Origin: the human T2T-CHM13v2.0 reference genome, Homo sapiens
Reading direction: 5' to 3' (one strand)
Assembly (NCBI RefSeq): GCF_009914755.1
Contig: NC_060926.1
DNA length: 64,000 bases
Shown piece by piece: positions 55,320 to 64,000 of this stretch (its first letter is position 1; every line of letters begins with the position of its first letter). The notes beneath the pieces are model-generated. The model made no database searches. It was not told where the DNA came from and was given only the letters and a program-made list of their open reading frames with translations. Both the position numbers and the translations under genes were made by a program.

Positions 55320-57563
55320 TTTAATTTTAATTTATTATTTTTTATTTAATTTTTAGCTGTTGTAGGTGCATAGTAGGTGTATATATTTATGGGTTACATG
55401 AGATATTTTGATACAAGCATGCAATGCATTGTAATCATATCAGGGTAAATGGAGTATTTATCACCTCAAGCATTTATCCTTTGTGTTATAAACAATCCAG
55501 TTATACTCAGCTATTTTAAAATGCACAATTAAATTATTTTTTACTATATCACTCTGTTTTGCTAGCAAATACTAGGTTGTATTCATTCTTTCTAACTGTT
55601 ACTGTGTGCCCATTAATCTCCATTTTCCCCAATCACCACTACTTTTCCCAGACTCTGGAAACCAGCCTCTATTCTCTAGCTCCATGAGTTCAATTGTTTT
55701 AATTTTTCGTTGTCACAGGTAAGTGAGAACATGCAAAGCTTGTCTTTCTGTGCCTGGCCATTTAACTTAACAACTTCCAGTTCCATCCATGTTGGTGCAG
55801 ATGACAGGATCTCATTGGTTTTTATAGCTGACTAGTACTCCATTGTGTATATGTACCACATTTTCTTTATTCATTTGTTGATGGACACTTGGGTTGCTTC
55901 CAAATCTTGACTATTGTGCACAGTGCTCCAGTAAATATGGGAGTTCAGCTATCTCTTTTATGTACTGATTTCCTTTCTTTTGTGTCCGTAGCAGTGGGAT
56001 TGCTAGATAGTACGGTAGCTCTATTTTTAGTTTTTCGAGGAGCCTCTAAACTGTTCTCCATAGTGGTTGTACTGTGTTCCAACCAACAGTGTACAGTGAT
56101 TCCCTTTTTTCCACATCCTCACCAGCATTTGTTATTGCTTGTCATTTGTATAAAACTCATTTTAACTGGGATGAGATGATATCTCATTTTAATTTTGATT
56201 TGCATTTCTCTGATGATCAGTGATGCTGAGCACCTTTCCATATGCCTGTTTGTCATTTCTATGTATTCTTTTGAGAAATGTCTATTAAGACCTTTTGCTC
56301 ATTTTTAAATTGTATTATTATATTTTTTCCTATTGAGTTGTTTGAGCTTCTTATGTAATCTGGTTATTAATCCCTTGTTAGACTGGTAGTTTGCAAAAAA
56401 TTTCTCTTATCCTGTGGATTTTCTCATCAGTTTGTTGATTGTTTCCTTTGCTGTACAGAGGCTTTTTAACTTGATGTGATATAATTTGTCCATCTTCTCT
56501 TTGATTGCCTGTGTTTTATTATTCAAGAATCTTTGCCCATTTCAATGTTTGAAGAGTTTCCTCAGTGTTTTTTTGATTCTTTTTGCAGTCGTTTCATAGT
56601 TTGAGGTCTTGGGTTTAATTCTTTAATTTTTATTTGATTTTTTTGTATGGTGAGACATAGGGGTCTAGTTTCATTCTTCTGCATAGGGATATCCAGTTTT
56701 CCTAGCACAATTTATTGAAGAGACTGTCCTTTCCTCAGTGTATGTTCTTGATACCTTTGTCAAAAATGAATTCATTGTAGATGTATGGGTTTATTTCTGG
56801 GTTCTCTACTCTGTTCCAGTGATGTGTATGTCTGCTTTTATGGCAGTACCATACTGTTTTGTTTACTGTAGTTCTGTAGTATAACTTGAAGTCAGGTAAT
56901 GTGATTCCTCCAGTTTTTTTTTTGTTGTTGTTGTTTTTTCAGGTTAGCTTTGCCTATTCTGGGTCTTTTATGGTTCCATATGAGTTTTCAGATTGTTTTT
57001 GCGATTTCTGTGAAAAATATTATTGATATTTTCATAGGGATTGCACTAAATCTATAGATTACTTTGAGTAATAGAGACATTTTAACAATATTGACTCTTC
57101 CAATCCATGAACAAGGATTATTTTTCCATTTTTTGTGCCCTCTTCAATTTTCTCCTTTGGTGTTTTATAGTTTTCATTGTAGAGATCTTTCACTTATTTA
57201 AGTTTATTCCTATGTATTTTATTTTATTTGTAGCAATTGTCAGTGGGATTACTTTTTCATTTCTTTTTAAGATTGTTAGCTGTTGTCATATAAAATGCTA
57301 CTGATTTTTATATGTTGATTTTGTATCCTGTAACTTTACTAAATTTATCAGTTTTAATAATTTTTGTGGATTTTTTCGGTTTTTCCAAATATTATGTTAT
57401 CTGCAAACAAGGATAATTTGACTTCTTCCTTTCCAGTTCGGTTGTCCTTTATTTTTTTCTCTTGTCTGATTCCTCCAAGACTTTCAGTACTATGTTAAAT
57501 AGCAGTGGTGGCAGTGGGCTTCCTTGTTGTTTTCAAGATCTTAAAGGAAAGGCTTTCAGTTTT
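55320..57563 (-). mobile_element. L1MA-type 3' ~2.2 kb nested in the older L1
   Basis: New 3' end tagtaggtgtatatatttatgggttacatgagatattttgataca...; ORF2 sequence ends aaggctttcagtttt. Confidence 0.85.
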
Positions 57564-58152
57564 CATTTCACTTATTTATTTCCTCTCTTCCTCTGTCCTC
57601 TCTGATTTTAATGGAACATTTTATGTTGTTTGATTTTTTTCTTCTTTCTTAGCATATCAGTTATACATATCTTAAACATTTTTTATGGTTTTATTAGAAT
57701 TTGCAGTGTACATTTACAACTATCCAAAGCCCACTTTCAAATAACACTATATACACTTCACAGGCAGTGTAAGTATCCTATAACGGAGTATTCTGAATTG
57801 CTCTCTCCCATCCCTTGCATCATAGCTGTAATTTATTTCACATATATATAACCTATAATTACCAAATACATTGTTGCTATTATTTGAACAGATTATTATT
57901 GTTAGATCAATTTGCATATGAAAAATAAATGACATTTTATTTTTCCTTAATTCCTTCTCCAATTGGCAGTTTTTGTTTTCGTAGATCTGAGTTTCTAACC
58001 TACATAATTTTCCTCCTCTCTGAAGCTTCTTTTAATACATTTTTTTCAAAGCAAGTCTATTCCTCAATTTTTATATGAGAAAATCTTTATTTCTCCTTTA
58101 TTTTTGAAGTATAATTTCATTGGATGTAGAATTTAGGTTGATGAGTTTTCAC

Positions 58153-58457
58153 TTTTTTTTTTTTTTTTTTTTGAGACAGAGTCTGGCTCTGTCTCCCAGT
58201 CTGGAGTGCGGTGGCATAATCTCGGCTCACTGCAACTTCTGTCTCCCAGGTTCAAGGAATTCTCCTGCCTCAGACTTCTGAGTAGCTGGGACTATAGTCA
58301 TGTGCCACCACGTCTGGCTAATTTTTTTGTATTTTTAGTAGAGACGGGGTTTCACCATGTTGGTCAGGCTGGTCTTGAACTCCTGACCTTAAATAATCTG
58401 CCCACTTCGGCCTCCCAAAGTGCTGAGATTACAGGCGTGAGCCACTGCAACTGGCTA
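58153..58457 (-). mobile_element. AluS
   Basis: Poly-T then gagacagagtctggctctg...ttacaggcgtgagccactgc. Confidence 0.95.
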
Positions 58458-61400
58458 GGTTTTTGCTTTCAATAGCACATGATCTTGCTTGCATAGTTTG
58501 TGAACAGAAGTCTGATGTAACTTTATCCTTCCTTCTCTATAGGTAAGGTGTGTTTTTCTCCCTCTGGCTTCTTGAAATAATTTTTTTCTTTGTCTTTGAT
58601 GTTCTGCAGTTCAAATGTGGTATGCTTGGACGTGGATATTTTTGGTATTTGCCTTGCTTGATTTTCCCTGAGCTACTGGGATCTATGATTTGGTGTCTGC
58701 CATAAATTTTGGAAAATTCTTAGCCATTATTACTTTAAACATCTCTTCTGTTATTTTCTCTCTTTATTTTCCTACTGATATTTCTATTACGTGTAGTTAC
58801 ATCATTTGTAGTTCTACCCATAGTTCTTGGATAGTCTTTTAAGTCTTTTTTAATCCTCTTTGAATTTCAGTTTTAGAAGTTGCTATTGACATTTCATCAA
58901 GCTCACTGATTTCCTAAACTCCGTCCAGTCTGTTGATGAGCCTATCAAAGGTACTTTTTGGTACTTTACGATGTTTTTGATTTCTGTCATTTTCTTTTGA
59001 TTCTTTGTTAGGGTTTCCATCTCACTGCTTACAATACCCATTTGTTCTTGCACATTGTCTACTTTTTCACTAGAACCTTTAGTATGTTAATCACAGTTGT
59101 GCTACATTTCCAGTCTGATAATGCTAAAATCTCTGCCATATCTGAATCTCATTTGGATGTTTGCTTTAGCTTTTCAAACTATGCTTTTTGTCTTTTAGTG
59201 TGCTGTGTAATGTTTTGTTGAAAGCTGGACATGATGTACCAGGCAAATGGAACGGGGGTAATTAGACCTTTAGTGTGAGGTTGTTATATTTACCTGACTT
59301 GGAGGTACACTGTGTTTGCTATAGTTGTAGGTGTCAGGGGCAAAAAATCTCCTTTGGTGTCCTTGTTTTTGTTCATTTTCTGTTGTGTTTTTTCTTTTCT
59401 GTTGTCTTTGGGTTTTCTTAGAGACTTCTTTCTAAATAAGGTCTGAAACAAGCAATTTTTTCCATTGTAACCCCCTAATATTATTCAGGAGCCCTATTCA
59501 TGATTGCTAAGTTTCAGGAGTTGGGGAAAGAGTCTTTTGTCCCATGATTAGATTCTCATATTTTGTTAAGCCTATTAAGCCTGTTTGTTAAGACCTTCAC
59601 AAATTCTTCTCAGTCTCTTCCTATTTTCACTCCCAACTCAGGTAAGACAGGAAGGCTAGAAGGGTATATGCCTTCTTTTATATCAGAGTCTGGTAAAACC
59701 CTAGTTTGTTAGGCTTTCCTAAGATAGTTTCCTGTGAGGGCAGAACCAAGAAAAACAGAATTCTCTTGGTGTCTTTCAAAATGCCTACTTTTCCTTTCCC
59801 CTGCTGAAACATGAAGAAAATTTTTTCTTATCTTCACTGTGAGAACCTGGCAGGGCTACTGAAGGTATACTCACAAAAGTATAGGGTCCCCACTAGAACT
59901 GGGCTCCCTTAAAGTTTTTAACTATAAAGATTGTAGACACTGAGCCTCCAGTAAGTTGTCAATCATAGTTTAAGTTTTTCTACTCTGGTCCTGGTTCTAG
60001 TAGTGGTTTCTTCTCCTGGCTTTCCTCTGCTATGTTGTGATTCTTTGTATATGCCTTGCCTACTTTGGAGGCAGCCATTTTCTCTATGACTTCGATTCTC
60101 TGATGGATTTAAGAAGGGTTATTGATTTTCAGATTGTTTAGCTTTTTTCTTATTGTGAGGAAAGAGTGACAACTTTGAAGTTCCTTACATGCCAGAGTGG
60201 AAACCAGAAGTCACCATTATCTCTTCTGAGTTCTAGACAGCGTATTGAACCAAAGCATTTTTCTTTGAATTATCATGTCATGAAATCTATAACTCTCATT
60301 TAGTCTTCAAATGACTATGAAATGGTTCATATATTATCATAAAATAATTAGGTTTTAGAAAAATAATCATGTTAGATGAGGACATTTCTACTTCTGTAAC
60401 TTTCATTGCCAAAAACAAAAATGTTAACTCTTGACAGTTACGTGATCCCATAGTTGACATTGCTGTCTCATTTCTGTCCAACTTGATGAACTATGTTGGC
60501 ATACTCTACCAGGATTTTTTTGCTAAAAGGCTCAAATTAATCTCTGAAAAGTGACATTTTTCGTGTGTGTATTTGATGCTTTCAGAAAATCATTAATACC
60601 TGTGTATACTTATTGACTTCTAGGATGAACTATAGGTTTCCCTAAAATTATTATAATTTGTTCTAAAGTACAGATTCCTTTTACTCTGTTCATATGCCTA
60701 ACTTCGGATCTGTTTCCTTTTGGTAGTATCTGTGACACTGTAGGGACAAGTGGCATTCTGTTTCCTCTGTTTTGATTATGGCTACTGTTGGTTATTATGT
60801 CATTTGGAACAGGAAGAGCTTGTCTTTACTTCTATAATGTAAACTCCTGTTTGTGACTTGCTGAAAGTCACTTTATCAATCTAGGACACGACAGAGCTTT
60901 AATTAATGCCCTTTACTAGCTATCTCATTGATTGCTCTGACTTTTGATAATCGCCTCAAACGATTTTCTTTTCACAGTTATATTTGCAATGTGGTAGGCA
61001 GTTGTATTATTCTTGCTGCTACTCTGCTCTCTCATCATTGATTTGCTTCTTGTGCTTAAAGATCTTTTGCTTTTACTTGTCTCAGTGCACATCCTAATTT
61101 TTCTTTTTCATTTTGACAGGAGTTTCTCTGAGGTTCCATTATTACATTTAAAAATAGCTGTCATATAGTCTGTTCATCATTCTTTCTCATATATCAATGA
61201 TGCTATTATTGACTTTTTATAATACCTTAACTTGTGAAATGCAATAGTCTTCTCTCTTCAGTTTTAATTTTTGTTTTTGTTTCACCTTGTTTCCTTTTTA
61301 TTTTTTTGGAGTAAAAGTACATCTGAATTAAAATATCTGAGCTATAGACTAGGAAGACTGTTTATATAAATAGGAAAGTGATTCATACTTATTGTTTGCA

Positions 61401-61794
61401 TGAATGAAAATCAGATCAATGGGTTTTACTTTTACTTTGATAGAGAGGAACGTTTGGTTTGGGCATCCTTTTAAGAGCTATGATTATTTGGTACATGTTA
61501 ACCATCTTTCAATTCTCAGAACACTTTAGTTAAATGAATGCACTGTGACTTCCTCATTAAGGAGTGACTGAAGGATAATAAATTTTAAGACGATTTTTTA
61601 AAAAGCCATCATCTCTAAAGCTCACTCCTCATTGTTCCCTTGTTTTTTGTATCTGCTGTTAAAGGAGATTTAAATTTTACATTGCTATTCCTCCTTAAAC
61701 ATAAATAAAAATAAGTCCCCAAACAACACAAGTCTTTTTCATAATTTGTTCTTTGAAAGTAGTAGAAATGTATATATTTATATGATTTCTACTG

Positions 61795-61892
61795 TAAACA
61801 TATATTACATATAAAATATATAACTATACATATAAAACATATATATAGCTATATATAACATATATAACTATATATCTGTGGAAATATATATG
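61795..61892. repeat. (TA)n-like low-complexity repeat
   Basis: catatattacatataaaatatataactatacatataaaacatatatatagc. Confidence 0.8.
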
Positions 61893-62499
61893 TAGTTGTT
61901 TTGTTGTTGTGTTGGTGGGAATGGAGGATTATTTTCCAGTTAGAGATTTTATTTCCACCTCCTCATCCATATTGATTTAATTTTATTTTTGTACATATTG
62001 AACATTAACATGTTTCTAAAAATAAAAAATATGCATAGTTAGAGGAATGTCACTAATCCCATGTCCTCTACTGCTTGCAGATAACCAACTTCCTTATTTT
62101 CCATTTTGTACTTTGTGCTTGTTTGTATCTTTCTATTTCTCCTTATTTCTTACACAAAAGGTAGCAAGTTATATAATCCTTTTGAATTTTTTTTCACTTA
62201 ACATTTCCTAGGAATTAGTTCATATTAGTTATTCAAGGTCTTTTTCATTCTTTTTTTACAGTTGCATAGTACTTCATTGTGTGTGTGCAGCCATAGTTTA
62301 TTTGAACAAATTCCTACACTTGGACATTTAGGTAGTTTTTAATAATTTATAATTATAAGCAATTTTTCAATGTACAATCTACTGCACTTGTATTTTCATA
62401 TTTTTGGAGGTATGTTTTCAGGATAAGTTCATAGAAATGTGATTGTTGGATAACAGGATAAATGCATACAAGTTGTGTTAAATATTGCCAAATTCTCTT

Positions 62500-64000
<1,501 letters not shown>

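Larger units (their letters stand above)
50415..60212 (-). mobile_element. Ancient L1MC-type LINE retaining 3' end, ORF remnants and 5' end, with nested insertions
   Basis: 3' end taatagacttgattttt...aaagtactgagttcc; ORF2-like remnants (52694-52960; ELNSTINQLDIIDIYRIFYPTTAEYT at 54696-54890, endonuclease-like); 5'-end-like ccttacatgccagagtggaaaccagaagtc. Confidence 0.75.

Overview
Primate (very likely human) AT-rich, CpG-depleted genomic DNA lying inside the THSD7B gene on the + strand. One real coding feature is present: an 811-bp internal exon (48383-49193) encoding thrombospondin type-1 repeats. The rest is intron packed with transposon fossils (six Alus, L1PA/L1M, L2, MIR, MaLR and ERV1 LTRs, Tigger and hAT elements). 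I see no CRISPR array, operon or convincing new multi-gene system, and all other ORF-track entries are repeat-derived or chance. The observations most worth checking are structural: a templated insertion copied from about 820 bp away, a four-layer nested insertion with a twin-primed L1, an ancient two-LTR MaLR provirus, two AT-rich inverted-repeat structures, a U2 snRNA 5' fragment, and a layout around the exon compatible with back-splicing or intronic termination. Repeat family names come from recalled consensus sequences; subfamily labels and the edges of old elements are approximate.
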